From: Lytechinus pictus
Lineage: Eukaryota
NCBI RefSeq assembly: GCF_037042905.1
Contig: NC_087251.1
Coordinates: forward strand, 26,660,001-26,724,000
Direction of reading: 5' to 3'
DNA: 64,000 nucleotides
A program made the translations under genes and the position numbers. Under the pieces are notes generated by a model, which saw only the letters and a list, made by a program, of their open reading frames with translations, did no database searches and had not been told where the DNA came from. Shown here piece by piece: positions 1 to 13,600 of the stretch (position 1 is its first letter; every line of letters begins with the position of its first letter).

Positions 1-1076
1 AGATATTTTGATAACTCTATGTCGGGTAAAGTTACCAAAATAATCAACACAGAAACAGCATCATGCATTATCACTTTTTTATCTGTCATGATCAACTACA
101 CATTTTAATTCAGGTAGTGATTCATTTTTTTTTAGAATTCACATTTGGTGAAAATACACCACTTCCGTTTTTCTTTCTTCTTCAATTCTTGTCATGCCTC
201 TTTGTCATATGTAATGAAAATAAATAAATATAAACTATGCGGATATGAAAAATAAAGAGCACCATCACAAAAATGGATGCATCTTTATATTTAACTTTTC
301 TCTGGAATTGATTTATGAAATAGGAATTTCAATTCTCCGTAAGGTTCTTTAATTCTGCATAAAAGTAAAATAATAATTCTAACCCTGTGTCTTAAACATA
401 GATAAACAAATGTGCAGGTAACTTGTATAAGGCACTCTTTTTTATCAAACATTCATTTGGATCAGAAAACTGGTTCAACATTTACATGTGTACAAAAATG
501 TGATATCATACATCAAAACTAATAATTTTGCGATGAAATCAGACAAATAAGTCTCCAACATGAAAATGAAATGAAAAATGAATAAATTTGATAGTAATAA
601 AAGATGACTCAATGCAGTCCAAAAGCAAGGTTCTTAAACAGCTTTTATTAGAAAGGGATAAAATCCACACCCCTTACCCAGTGTTCACTCTCATGTGGAA
701 TTGTTTACAAATATTGAAGAAGAAAAATTGTCCAGAAGAAAAATTAGGGGGATGAATGGATTTTGAAAGACTTTTCAATAAAGGTGATGAAAGTAAATCT
801 GTAATGTGAGATGGAATTCTCTTTGCCCTTCCCCCTCCACCGATGACCACAACACATCTGGTCACATAACTAAAAAATGTGTCGGAGGTCCAAGGTGAAG
901 CGATAGTTCTCTTTATTTAAGGGATTGTTACACAAGGCTTTCGGCCAACGTTTACAGGAAAAGCAATCCTTTCACTGGGAAAGGGGCGTGAAGGCATCAA
1001 ATCAAGTATTTACTCCATTATCTAGCATTCCTTGTATAAAAGTGGGTAATTGAAAATATAAGCTTTCAATATATGA

Positions 1077-1126
1077 TTTATTTTGAATGAATGACATCTT
1101 TCAATAAAAACTCACATAACTTTATT
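1077..1126 (-). terminator. Candidate polyadenylation signals (AATAAA x2) in the 3' UTR
   Basis: TTTATT on the + strand at 1077-1082 and 1121-1126, about 550 nt after the stop. Further copies occur nearby, so the site actually used is uncertain. Confidence 0.35.
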
Positions 1127-1667
1127 GGCATTACAAAGGGAGCATACAAATTGTTCACAATTCAATGAATTTTGTACCAACCTTATGGATCCATCATAAG
1201 AGAAATTGGATGATTGTAATTTTGTTTGATAAAAAAAAACCAGAGTGAATATCACTTTAAATAGTATCTGATAATTTGAAGCTTCGCAATCTAAAATCCA
1301 TAAGTGTTACTTGTACAATTTTGACATTTATTATTGGTCCTTTTTTGTTAAAATAATGCCCCAAACTACCATTGTTTTCCAATTTTCAAAAGACCTTTAT
1401 GCACTTATAAGAAAAGGTTAAATTCAATTACCCATTTGTTAGACTTTTCAAGAAAATAACGTTATTAATCATTTAAAAAATAATATGTTCTAGTACAACT
1501 GAAATAGCAACTGAATGTTTCAACATTTGTAAACAAAATTATATAGACAAATAAACTTACATATTTTTTAAATATTGAACAGCTGTACATGGTATAACTG
1601 ACTATGTTGCTGTACAGTCTTGTTGGTTTAGGACATCCAGCAAGTGAGTGGTTGATGCCGGTTTTCC

Positions 1668-4600
1668 TCATTCACTTAGCCTCTGCTCGGGTGTCCCTGA
1701 TGATGCAGTTGTGACCGGTTGGACTGGTACAGGTTGGATTCCTCCTGGCATAGCTTGGGTCATGGGGTGGCCCTGCATTGGGAAAGGTACAGTAGGAAAT
1801 GGCTGATAATTGCTAACAGGGTACATTCCAGAAAGTTGCACACTCTGAGGGGGCATACGGGGGTGAACATAGAACATGGGTTGTTGGACAGGTGGGACCA
1901 TGCTTGAGGTAGTAGGGGCAATGACCATGCTAGGGTGGGTGAACATGTAAGGTAAGCCTGCCACAGGGGGTTGCCCAGGGACTGAGGATTGTTGGGATGG
2001 TACACTTGAGGTAGCAGTGGTTAGATTCGTGGATGTCTGCACTGCCTGCAGTTGTACTGCCTGCATCTGTTGTCTAAGGAGCCTCATTTCCTGCTGTTGC
2101 TGCAGAAGTAACTTCTGAAGGTCCATCTTTTCCATAGCCATGAATTCTTTGACATCATCTGGAAGGGACTCATCACTTGCCGAGGGCTGAGTAGAGAGGT
2201 TCGTCATAGAGCTTGATAACCCTGATGATTCCTTCAAGGATGAAGTTCTACTGACCCTACTATCAGGTAAGAATGCTTTGCTTTTCACATTGACACGCCC
2301 AAACAGTTTATCTTCCAGGCTTGCTGTACTTGCATGACCGTGCTTCCACAAAGGTTTATTACTTGAAATGATAGCATCAGGTTCAACAGATGAAGATATA
2401 TCAGAGAAACCAGAATCCATTCTTGGAATCACAGTTGTTGTCGACACATCAGACATGTCATTTTCAGATGAACTATCCTTGTCTGAAAAATCATCAGTAG
2501 AGCTTAGTGGGAAGAGACCTCTCTTAGCTACATATGACCGTTTCTTCTGTTTTCTTATCATCCTTGCTTGATTTGCCAGACTCGGGGACATATTCCAAGG
2601 AACATCTATTGTTGAAGCATCTGTTAATGTGGTATCAGTGTCCTCCCCTGCACAATCACTTTCATTAATCATGTTACGGACAGCAGTCCAATCAAAGTCA
2701 ATATTGGGACTAGATCTTGCTTTGCGTCTCTTTTCCCGCAGTCTTGCCTTAGCCTCCGAGTCCCTCAAAGTTATAGTGGAGTCATCTCTAAGGTTTGGAG
2801 CAGATTTTGTTTGAACGTGGATTGAACTCGTCCTTGCATCAACTAAGGAGTTCTGAGCTTTTATCACATTAAGAATACTTTGGGTTCGCTGGTGAATTTC
2901 CCTGAAACGAGTCAAGTGATTAGTGTCATCTGATTTAATCTTGTCTTCATCTGACCCACTAGACTTTTGTCTCATATTTTGTAACATTTCCTTTGTATCA
3001 TCTGTTGACTGATCAGACAAAATTTCAACAGTGTCTAGTAGTTCTTCCTCTGTCATTTGTGTCTTATGCAATTGACTTTTCTGGTTATCTGTGAAATCTG
3101 AAACAACTTCAGTCGGTTGCCCTGTCTCAACTGTGATCATCCCATTGTCTTCTGTTCCTACTGTAGTATCCTGATCTGTAGTTTCAGAAATAGCACTCAC
3201 ACCATTTGGTGAAGAAGCAGATTTTGGGATAATTACTCCACTGGCTACCTGGGTGATACTAATGTCAGTATCAACAGGATTTCTGGACAATCGTCTGATA
3301 TTTTTCCTTGCCTGCATAATCAAGTTAAAATGTTCTTCTTCATGCTCATCCTCAACCTTTCTGGGTCTGGACTCATAGGCTTTACTTTTTTCTTCTGCTT
3401 CAGTTTTTTTCTTTTTCAATGCCTCTTTCCAGGGTACATTAGTAGACGAGTTTGCTTTTGTGTTATCAGTGTTTGCATCTTTCATTTTACTCTCAGATGC
3501 AGTTTTAACCTTGGTAGTTTTCAGCTTGACATCTTTCCATGGTACAGATACTTTTTCATCTGTTTCTTGCTTTTTTTTAGTTTGTGGAACTGAACTGGAA
3601 ATCTTATTGTCATCTGTTTTCTCATTGCTTTTCCGCTTCATCAACGAATCTTTCCACCACACCTCAGATTTAGCTTCATCAGTTTTGATTGGGTCATTGT
3701 AAGATTTCTTGGCATCAAATGAAGTCTTCTTTTTAAGTACATCCCTCCATGGACTGGCGACATCTGAACCTGCAGGCATGGTTGAACTTGTCAGTTGTCT
3801 GGGTTTCTCTTCAACTTTATCCTTCAAAGCCACATGAGTTTGGTCAGGCCTTACTTTCGGCAACCTTTTTGATGCTCTACTTAAGTTTTCTGATTCGGGC
3901 TGCATTTTATCTTGTCCGAACATATTAAGTGTGCTTCTGACCATACTGCGACTTGCAAGCTTAGCCAGTTCTTTTTGGTCCTGTGTGAGAGGTTTCCCTG
4001 TGCTACTGTGTTCTTGGGTATGTGTTCCCCTATTGTTTCTACTCTTCAGAACATCCCATCCACTCTGCTTTTCTTTTGCTGAGGGTGGTGTCTCAGGAGA
4101 GCTGCCTGCTATCTCAATATTTTTTCCTCTGTCAATTGTATTGTCTTTACTTGTAATTGTGAAATCTGAAACTATTTCATTAGCTCCAGTCAACAGGACA
4201 TGCCTTTGCTCACGGTCCGTGTCTTGTTGTATGTCGGGTGATATTCTGCACTCTTTCCTTGTGTGAATGTTTGGTGTGGTGCTTTTATTTCCGTCTTGTA
4301 TTGTTGATTGAACCATGTCTACTTTCCCTGACAGAATGTCTGGTTCAGTAGTTTCATCTTGTTTTGCAGATATAGGCGAGTGCCCTCTTTCAGACATGGC
4401 ATGCATGAACTCAGAATCGTCTAGTGTATCTTGTTCCACCATTGCTTGGAGCTTGTCTTCATCATTTTCTTTTTTATTTTCTATATTTTCAGTGACATCC
4501 TCTGATACATTGTGATCAGTTTCCTCTTCCATGTGCAAGCTAGCTTCAAACAATATTCCACTTTTGTGTTCAGTCCGTGTATTCTCAAATTCTGTTTTAT

Positions 4601-7600
4601 CATTCATCTCCTCACTTTCAACCGAGTTGCCCATCTCAGTATCCTGTCTGTGATTACCTGTATCAATGGGAGCCCCCATTAAATGAGACAATCCTTCCCG
4701 CAGCATTCTCCGATTATCGACAGACCTGTCACGTTTCAGTATCGCAGCACCTTTAGCCATGTCAAGGGCAAGAGATGTGCCAGATCCACTTCTCTTATCA
4801 ATATCTTTCAGCGAGATTGACTTTCTCCGAACATAAGGCAGGTCTTCTTCCTGTTGCAATGCACTTTGACCATCAATGTCAAGCACTTCTACTGGAAAAG
4901 AAGCATCCTGTCTAGTATTTTCAGTCCTATTTGTAACATTTTCGTTTGGTTTGGTTTCTTTGACCTCTCTTTTGATAGATGCGACCTCCATAGTTTTGCT
5001 AACCACTGTTCCAGTTTCTCTCGAGGCTTTCATAGTCCGCGAATCATCTGATAAATCTCCAGAGATGTTACTCGATGGAATATTACCTGTAGAATATTCT
5101 CGCAGGATTTCTCCAAGAAGGGAGTCACCAGATGTTTCTGATTGCCATTTCTCTGATTCCACTTTTTTTTTTGGAGAATCTCCAGTTGGTAAAATAACAT
5201 CTGGTTCATCTTCTCCAGTAATAACATCCAGTCCTAAAGTCATGTTATGAGGCGTTGGTTGGTGCACCTCAACAGGTTGGTTAATAGGCACATAAGCTTC
5301 TGCAGAGACAGGCTCTTCGGATTGGTCAGTTTCAGCAGCAGAAGCACTAACACGTTTGGGTTTAGGGGGTGGTGCACCATATGGGAGTGGCATGCTCTTC
5401 ACAACTTCATAAATTTCATGCATATTTTCATGATGAATGCTATCTTCTTCATCAACACCAACTGGCAGAGCAGTTGATGATGATGAAGAGGGACAAAAAT
5501 CAGGTAGAGGTTTGACAGACAACACACGTGCACTCGCATTCAAAGGGGAGGGTTGTGCAGACTGAGGGTGCTCACATGAAACTTCACCAACAGTGGAACT
5601 TACCGTGACTTTTTCTGTTGCTGGCATCTCTATCCTAGGAATCTTGTCCTGTGGCACTGAGGCTGGAGACGTTGTCGATTTCGATGCTGTTACTGGCACA
5701 GGCTCAAGTGATGTAGTTGATGGCCAAGAACATTCTGAGATGGAATCATGAGATAATGAAGCTGGTCTTTCTGCTGGAGGTAAAGGGGCTCTCCTCTTCT
5801 TGTTTCTGCTCTTTGGTACTTCTACTGTTTCTGCTGCTGCTTCTGGTGACCTTGGAAGAAATTCTGCCCTAGAGTACTGTGAGGGTACTGTGACTTGTTG
5901 GGATGGTGCGGCATCTGTCCTGCTTTGAAGTTCCGATAGAGGCTTGCGCTGTTCGTCGCTGGGTCTCCCTTCTGCAGCTTCAGCCGGAATTTCCAGCATG
6001 ACATCACGCGGCTTCCTCTTGCCTCCAAATAATTTGCCAAGACCTCTTCTCTTTGCTTTGTCACTAGAATCTTTATGTTTTCCTCCAGACTTCCAATGAG
6101 GCGAACTCGTTCCTGCAGCTCCTGGTACCTCATCATCATTTGCATTATTATTGTGATTCTCTTGTACTTCAACATCATCTGAATTGTTGTTGTTAACATT
6201 TAGGATATTGCTATTGTTATTATTTGAGTTTGGGTTTTCTTCTTTATCATCTTTATCTGAATCTGAATCAAGTCCAATTGCTTCCTTGACTTTTGAGAAA
6301 AAACCTTCTGAATCGGAGGAAGAACTTGAAGATGATGAAGATTCATTACCTATCCCAATGGCTCCAAGTAAACTGAATCCAGATTTTTTCTCTTTCTTGG
6401 CTTTCTTCTTCTTTTTCTTTTCTTTCTTTCCCCCACCTACACCAAGGCTACCTCCAATGCTAACGCCACCCCCAGGCATATCTACATTGATACCAGCACC
6501 TGCATCACCACCTGCCGAGATATCTGCGCCCACAGTGCCATCACCACCAATGGATGCAGAAGGAATGTTGGAAGATAAATCACCCTCAGTACTAACGTCT
6601 CCACCTAGGCCTAACTTCACATCACCCTTTCCTTCTGCATCAACACCACCGATGCCGAGGCTGCCACTGCCAATACCTCCGATTCCACCTCCAAATCCTC
6701 CCATGTGCATATTAGATTCTCCCCCAATGCCCCCTTGGCCATCAATACTGATGTCTGGCTTGTCAACATTGGCATCTACGTCTACTCCTCCTGATCCACC
6801 AAGACCTCCTCCAAGGCTACCACTCAGTCCTCCTCCGCCCATGCTGAAGTCTGGTTTATCAACATTAGCCTCAACATTTATTCCTCCTCCGCCAATGCCG
6901 AATCCTCCTCCTGATGAGCCAATTTCTGGTTTTTCAGCATTAGCATCTATATCTAGTCCTCCACTTAGGCCTCCTCCAAGGCTAACGTCTGGTTTTCCAA
7001 CACTAGCATCTAGGTCTGCTCCTCCTCCCATACTGAAATCTGGTTTGTCAACATTAGAACTAATATCTAGACTTCCATCTCCACCCATATCTCCTCCGAT
7101 TCCAATTTTACCTCCTACATCAGCATCAGGTTTTGGAATATCTACTTCAGCATCTCCTCCTCCAAAGCCAAAACCAAAACCAAATCCTTTACCCTTCTTT
7201 TTCTTCTCCTTTTTAGATTTTTTCTTTCCTTCTGAGTCGCTGGAATCTGAACTGCTAGAACTGCTGGAACCATCCTTAGATTTGCCAAAGCCAAATCCAA
7301 AACCAAATTTTCCTTTTTTATCAGCATCAGCATCAGCATCTCCACCCAGGTCACCGCCTCCTCCAATGCTAACATCTGGTTTATCAACAGAAATTCCTCC
7401 TCCCAGTTCACCTCCTCCTCTTAGGTTGATGTCTGGTTTTCCAACACCAGCATCTACTCCTCCACCCAGACCTCCAAATTCTCCTCCAAGGTTGATGTCT
7501 GGTTTTCCAACATTAGCATCTACGTCTACTCCTCCTGATCCACCAAGACCTCCTCCAAGGCTTCCACTCAGTCCTCCTCCGCCCATGCTGAAGTCTGGTT

Positions 7601-10600
7601 TATCAACATTAGCCTCAACATTTATTCCTCCTCCGCCAATGCCGAATCCTCCTCCTGATGAGCCAATTTCTGGTTTTTCAGCATTAGCATCTATATCTAG
7701 TCCTCCACTTAGGCCTCCTCCAAGGCTAAGGTCTGGTTTTCCAACACTAGCATCTAGGTCTGCTCCTCCTCCCATACTGAAATCTGGTTTGTCAACATTG
7801 GCATCTACGTCTACTCCTCCTGATCCACCAAGACCTCCTCCAAGGCTTCCACTCAGTCCTCCTCCGCCCATGCTGAAGTCTGGTTTATCAACATTAGCCT
7901 CAACATTTATTCCTCCTCCGCCAATGCCGAATCCTCCTCCTGATGAGCCAATTTCTGGTTTTTCAGCATTAGCATCTATATCTAGTCCTCCACTTAGGCC
8001 TCCTCCAAGGCTAATGTCTGGTTTTCCAACACTAGCATCTAGGTCTGCTCCTCCTCCCATACTGAAATCTGGTTTGTCAACATTAGAACTAATATCTAGA
8101 CTTCCATCTCCACCCATATCTCCTCCGATTCCAATTTTACCTCCTACATCAGCATCAGGTTTTGGAATGTCTACTTCAGCATCTCCTCCTCCAAAGCCAA
8201 AACCAAAACCAAATCCTTTACCCTTCTTTTTCTTCTCCTTTTTAGATTTTTTCTTTCCTTCTGAGTCGCTGGAATCTGAACTGCTAGAACTGCTGGAACC
8301 ATCCTTAGATTTGCCAAAGCCAAATCCAAAACCAAATTTTCCTTTTTTATCAGCATCAGCATCAGCATCTCCACCCAGGTCACCGCCTCCTCCAATGCTA
8401 ACATCTGGTTTATTAACAGAAATTCCTCCTCCCAGTTCACCTCCTCCTCTTAGGTTGATGTCTGGTTTTCCAACACCAGCATCTACTCCTCCACCCAGAC
8501 CTCCAAATCCTCCTCCAAGGTTGATGTCTGGTTTTCCAACATTAGCATCTACGTCTACTCCTCCTGATCCACCAAGACCTCCTCCAAGGCTTCCACTCAG
8601 TCCTCCTCCGCCCATGCTGAAGTCTGGTTTATCAACATTAGCCTCAACATTTATTCCTCCTCCGCCAATGCCGAATCCTCCTCCTGATGAGCCAATTTCT
8701 GGTTTTTCAGCATTAGCATCTATATCTAGTCCTCCACTTAGGCCTCCTCCAAGGCTAAGGTCTGGTTTTCCAACACTAGCATCTAGGTCTGCTCCTCCTC
8801 CCATACTGAAATCTGGTTTGTCAACATTGGCATCTACGTCTACTCCTCCTGATCCACCAAGACCTCCTCCAAGGCTTCCACTCAGTCCTCCTCCGCCCAT
8901 GCTGAAGTCTGGTTTATCAACATTAGCCTCAACATTTATTCCTCCTCCGCCAATGCCAAATCCTCCTCCTGATGAGCCAATTTCTGGTTTTTCAGCATTA
9001 GCATCTATATCTAGTCCTCCACTTAGGCCTCCTCCAAGGCTAATGTCTGGTTTTCCAACACTAGCATCTAGGTCTGCTCCTCCTCCCATACTGAAATCTG
9101 GTTTGTCAACATTAGAACTAATATCTAGACTTCCATCTCCACCCATATCTCCTCCGATTCCAATTTTACCTCCTACATCAGCATCAGGTTTTGGAATGTC
9201 TACTTTAGCATCTCCTCCTCCAAAGCCAAAACCAAAACCAAATCCTTTACCCTTCTTTTTCTTCTCCTTTTTAGATTTTTTCTTTCCTTCTGAGTCGCTG
9301 GAATCTGAACTGCTAGAACTGCTGGAACCATCCTTAGATTTGCCAAAGCCAAATCCAAAACCAAATTTTCCTTTTTTATCAGCATCAGCATCTCCACCCA
9401 GGTCACCGCCTCCTCCAATGCTAACATCTGGTTTATCAACAGAAATTCCTCCTCCCAGTTCACCTCCTCCTCTTAGGTTGATGTCTGGTTTTCCAACACC
9501 AGCATCTACTCCTCCACCCAGACCTCCAAATCCTCCTCCAAGGTTGATGTCTGGTTTTCCAACATTAGCATCTACGTCTACTCCTCCTGATCCACCAAGA
9601 CCTCCTCCAAGGCTTCCACTCAGTCCTCCTCCGCCCATGCTGAAGTCTGGTTTATCAACATTAGCCTCAACATTTATTCCTCCTCCGCCAATGCCGAATC
9701 CTCCTCCTGATGAGCCAATTTCTGGTTTTTCAGCATTAGCATCTATATCTAGTCCTCCACTTAGGACTCCTCCAAGGCTAATGTCTGGTTTTCCAACACT
9801 AGCATCTAGGTCTGCTCCTCCTCCCATACTGAAATCTGGTTTGTCAACATTGGCATCTACGTCTACTCCTCCTGATCCACCAAGACCTCCTCCAAGGCTT
9901 CCACTCAGTCCTCCTCCGCCCATGCTGAAGTCTGGTTTATCAACATTAGCCTCAACATTTATTCCTCCTCCGCCAATGCCGAATCCTCCTCCTGATGAGC
10001 CAATTTCTGGTTTTTCAGCATTAGCATCTATATCTAGTCCTCCACTTAGGCCTCCTCCAAGGCTAATATCAGCATCTCCACCCAGGTCACCGCCTCCTCC
10101 AATGCTAACATCTGGTTTATCAACAGAAATTCCTCCTCCCAGTGCACCTCCTCCTCTTAGGTTGATGTCTGGTTTTCCAACACCAGCATCTACTCCTCCA
10201 CCCAGACCTCCAAGTCCTCCTCCAAGGCTGATCTCTGGTTTTCCAACATTAGCATCTATGTCTACTCCTCCCCCACCAAGGGATCCTCCTATTCCAATTC
10301 CTCCTCCAAGTTTAGTGTCTGATTTGGCTCCTCCACCTTCCACATCAATCTTGGGTTTTGGAATGTCTACTTTAGCATCTCCCTTTCCTCCTCCTCCAAA
10401 GCCAAAGCCAAATCCAAATCCTTTTTTACCCTTCTTCTTTTTCTTCTTTTTGGATTCTTTTTCTTCCGAGTCACTGGAATCAGAACTGCTGCTTGAGGAA
10501 CTGCTAGAACTGCTGGAACCATCCTTCTTAGATTTGCCAAAGCCAAAACCAAATCCGAATCTTCCTTTCTTATCTTTCTTTGCTCCAATGTCTGGCCTGT

Positions 10601-13600
10601 CAATATCAATTTTTGCATCTAACCCATCTCCAGCACTGACATCTCCACCTAGTTTACCACTTCCCCCAATATCAATATCTGGCTTATCAATAGCAACATC
10701 TCCTCCAATGCCAAAGCCACCTCCACCTCCTCCGAGACTAATATCTGGTTCGTTGGCTTCAGCATCAATGTTGATTCCACTTCCAATTCCCATTTTCAGA
10801 TCTGGCTTATCAATATCTAGTCCACCTCCAGCTACATTGACATCTACTTCTCCATTTGTCCCAGCACCAATTCCACCTCCAATATCAAGTTTAGGCTTGT
10901 CAACATTGACATCAAGATCACCTCCTCCGATGTTCATTCCACCCCCAAATCCGATACCTCCACCTGGCTTACTGGACTTGATGTTGGCATCTATTTCAGG
11001 TTTAACAGAAATATCCACGTCTCCATTAGCATCAATCCCTCCTGATGGAAGCTTTACATCAGCTTCGGGTGCTTTGATATCTGCATCAGCTCCTCCTGAC
11101 CCTCCAAATCCAAGTTTTCCTCCAATCTTGAACTTTCCACTTTTATCTTTCTTTCCAGAGCCTTTTTTTCCTTTCTTGCCAAATCCAAATCCGAATCCAC
11201 CAGATGGGGCATCAATTTCAGGACCTTTGACATCAACAGAAGCATCTGGTACATTGATTTCTGGTTTAGCAGATTTGATGTCTATGTCAACCTGAGGTTT
11301 CACAGATATGTCTGCATCACCAATGCCACTAGATGGTAGATTGATATCTCCCTTTGGTGCTTCTGCATCTATATCTGCACCTCCTGAGCCTCCAAATCCT
11401 AATTTACCACCGATCTTGAATTTTCCCTTTTTGTCCTTCTTTCCAGAGCCTCCTTTCTTGTCTTTCTTTCCAAAGCCAATGCCAAAGCCACCTGATGGTG
11501 AATCTATGTCTGGACCTTTAAGATCCACATCGGGTGAACTGGCATCTCCACTTATATTGGCATCTCCCCCTATACCCGCCGAGATTTCTGGGGCATCAAG
11601 GTCAGCATCTCCATTCACATGTCCTTTGGTTCCACCTCCTAATTTCACCTTGCCAAAGTGAAATCCCCCTTTTCCCTTTTTGCCCGAACCTTTCTTCTTG
11701 CCACCAATATTAAAGTCGCCTCCAATGTCTCCTTTAGGCCCTTCAAGGTCAATATTCGCACCTTTTATATCACCAACACCAATGTCTGCACCGATGTTAG
11801 CCTCTGGCTTGGATGCTTTTATATTAATATCTGCTTCAGGCTTGACTACATCAAGGCCAGCATCTACATCAGCAGAACCAATGGTAATGCCACCTCCACC
11901 AAGACTAACCTTGCCATCTAATCCACCACTTAGATCACTTCCACCTTTTATTACAGGTCCTTTTGCATCAATGTCTGCTCCAATGCCACCACCAAGCTTG
12001 ATATCTTTCTTGTCATCATCAGAATCAGATCCTCCAAAGCCCAGATTCAGACCAAAGAAACCACCCTTTTTTTTGCTCTTTTTCTTCCCTTTACCATCAA
12101 GATTGACTTTGCCCTCTGGGGAACTCACACTCAGATCTCCTGACAAGTCTGCATCTCCACCACCTCCGAAGGAAACATCTGGACCTTTGATGTCAATTCC
12201 CATTCCTCCAGAGACATCAAGGTCAGGTTTCTTGACATTGAGACCAATTCCACCATCTCCTCCAATGCCACCTTCTATTCCACCACCAATGCCTGCAGTC
12301 ACATCCAAGTCTGGTTTAGTAATATCAATGCCCTTTCCACTCGCATCTATGTCTGGACCACTTAATGATGCTTTTCCAGATGGTAGTCCAATGCCTCCTT
12401 CCAGTGTCCCTTTTCCATCCAAATCGCCACCTAGCTTGATTCCACCATCTCCTCCTAGACCGCCCTTGACTCCTATTCCTGCATCAGGTCCCTCAACGTC
12501 AATACCCCCACCAATGCCACCTTTGATTCCACCATCTACATCACCTGATAGGTCTGGTTTGTCTGCTTTCAACTTTGCATCAATATCCGGGCCACTCACG
12601 GAAATGCCACCACTTGCATTGAGATCGGGTTTATCAAGTTCCAAAGCTCCATCTATTCCTCCACCCCCATTGATATCAGTTTTAACATCTGGTAATTCTC
12701 CATTTACACCAATATTCACATTAGGCCCTCTTACATTTAAGTCACTACCGGCATCTCCACCAAGCTTTGGACCTTTGAATCCAAATCCAAAACCTCCATG
12801 TCCATCACCATCTTCATCTGAACTTGAATCAGATGATGATGAAGATGTGTGATCACCACCACCTCCAAATCCAAGCTTGAAACCACCAAATCCAAACTTT
12901 TTGCTCTTTCTTTTCTTCTTCTTCCCCTTTACACCTGCTCCAATATTGACATCTGGTGCATTTACATCAATATCTCCTTTAACATCAGCATTGATATCAC
13001 CACCTAGTTTCCCTTCTGGGGCATCAAGTGAGGCACCACCACTTGGTAAATCAGCATCTCCTCCGGCCTTGAACTTGCCACCTATCCCATAGCCTTTATC
13101 TTTCTTTCCTCCTCCAGATATTTTGTACTTTCCTTTCTTTCCACCAAGGCTAAACCCAGCATCAGGAGCATCTACGTCAAGGCTGGCACCGTTAAGGGAA
13201 GCATCAGGGCCTTCAATTTTTCCACCTGACAGATCAAGATCTGGAGACTTAACATCAACTTTTCCTGCAAGGTCTGCATCTGGTTCTTTAGACCCAAACT
13301 TGAAACTTCCAAGCTTGAATTTTCCCTTTCCTTTGCTTCCTTTCTTTACTTTTGGTCCTTTAATATCTACATCAAGGTTAGCATTAGGGCCTTCATTATC
13401 AACATTTCCTACTGCTACTGTTCCTCCAAGTCCAGCTTCTCCAGAAGGCAAGTCAAAGCCTCCTCCAATATCAGGTTTGCCAGTCTTTACTTTGATATCA
13501 CCTTCAGGTTTCACCACATCAACATCTGCATCTACATCAAGATCGCCTTTGCCTCCAATTCCGAAATTAGGTCCATGAATTTTGGGCATTTTTATTCCGA

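Noticed and set aside
7142-10618. Repeated short minus-strand ORFs (MNWEEEFLL...) in a second frame
   Set aside because: Out-of-frame readings of the 1,029-nt coding repeat.
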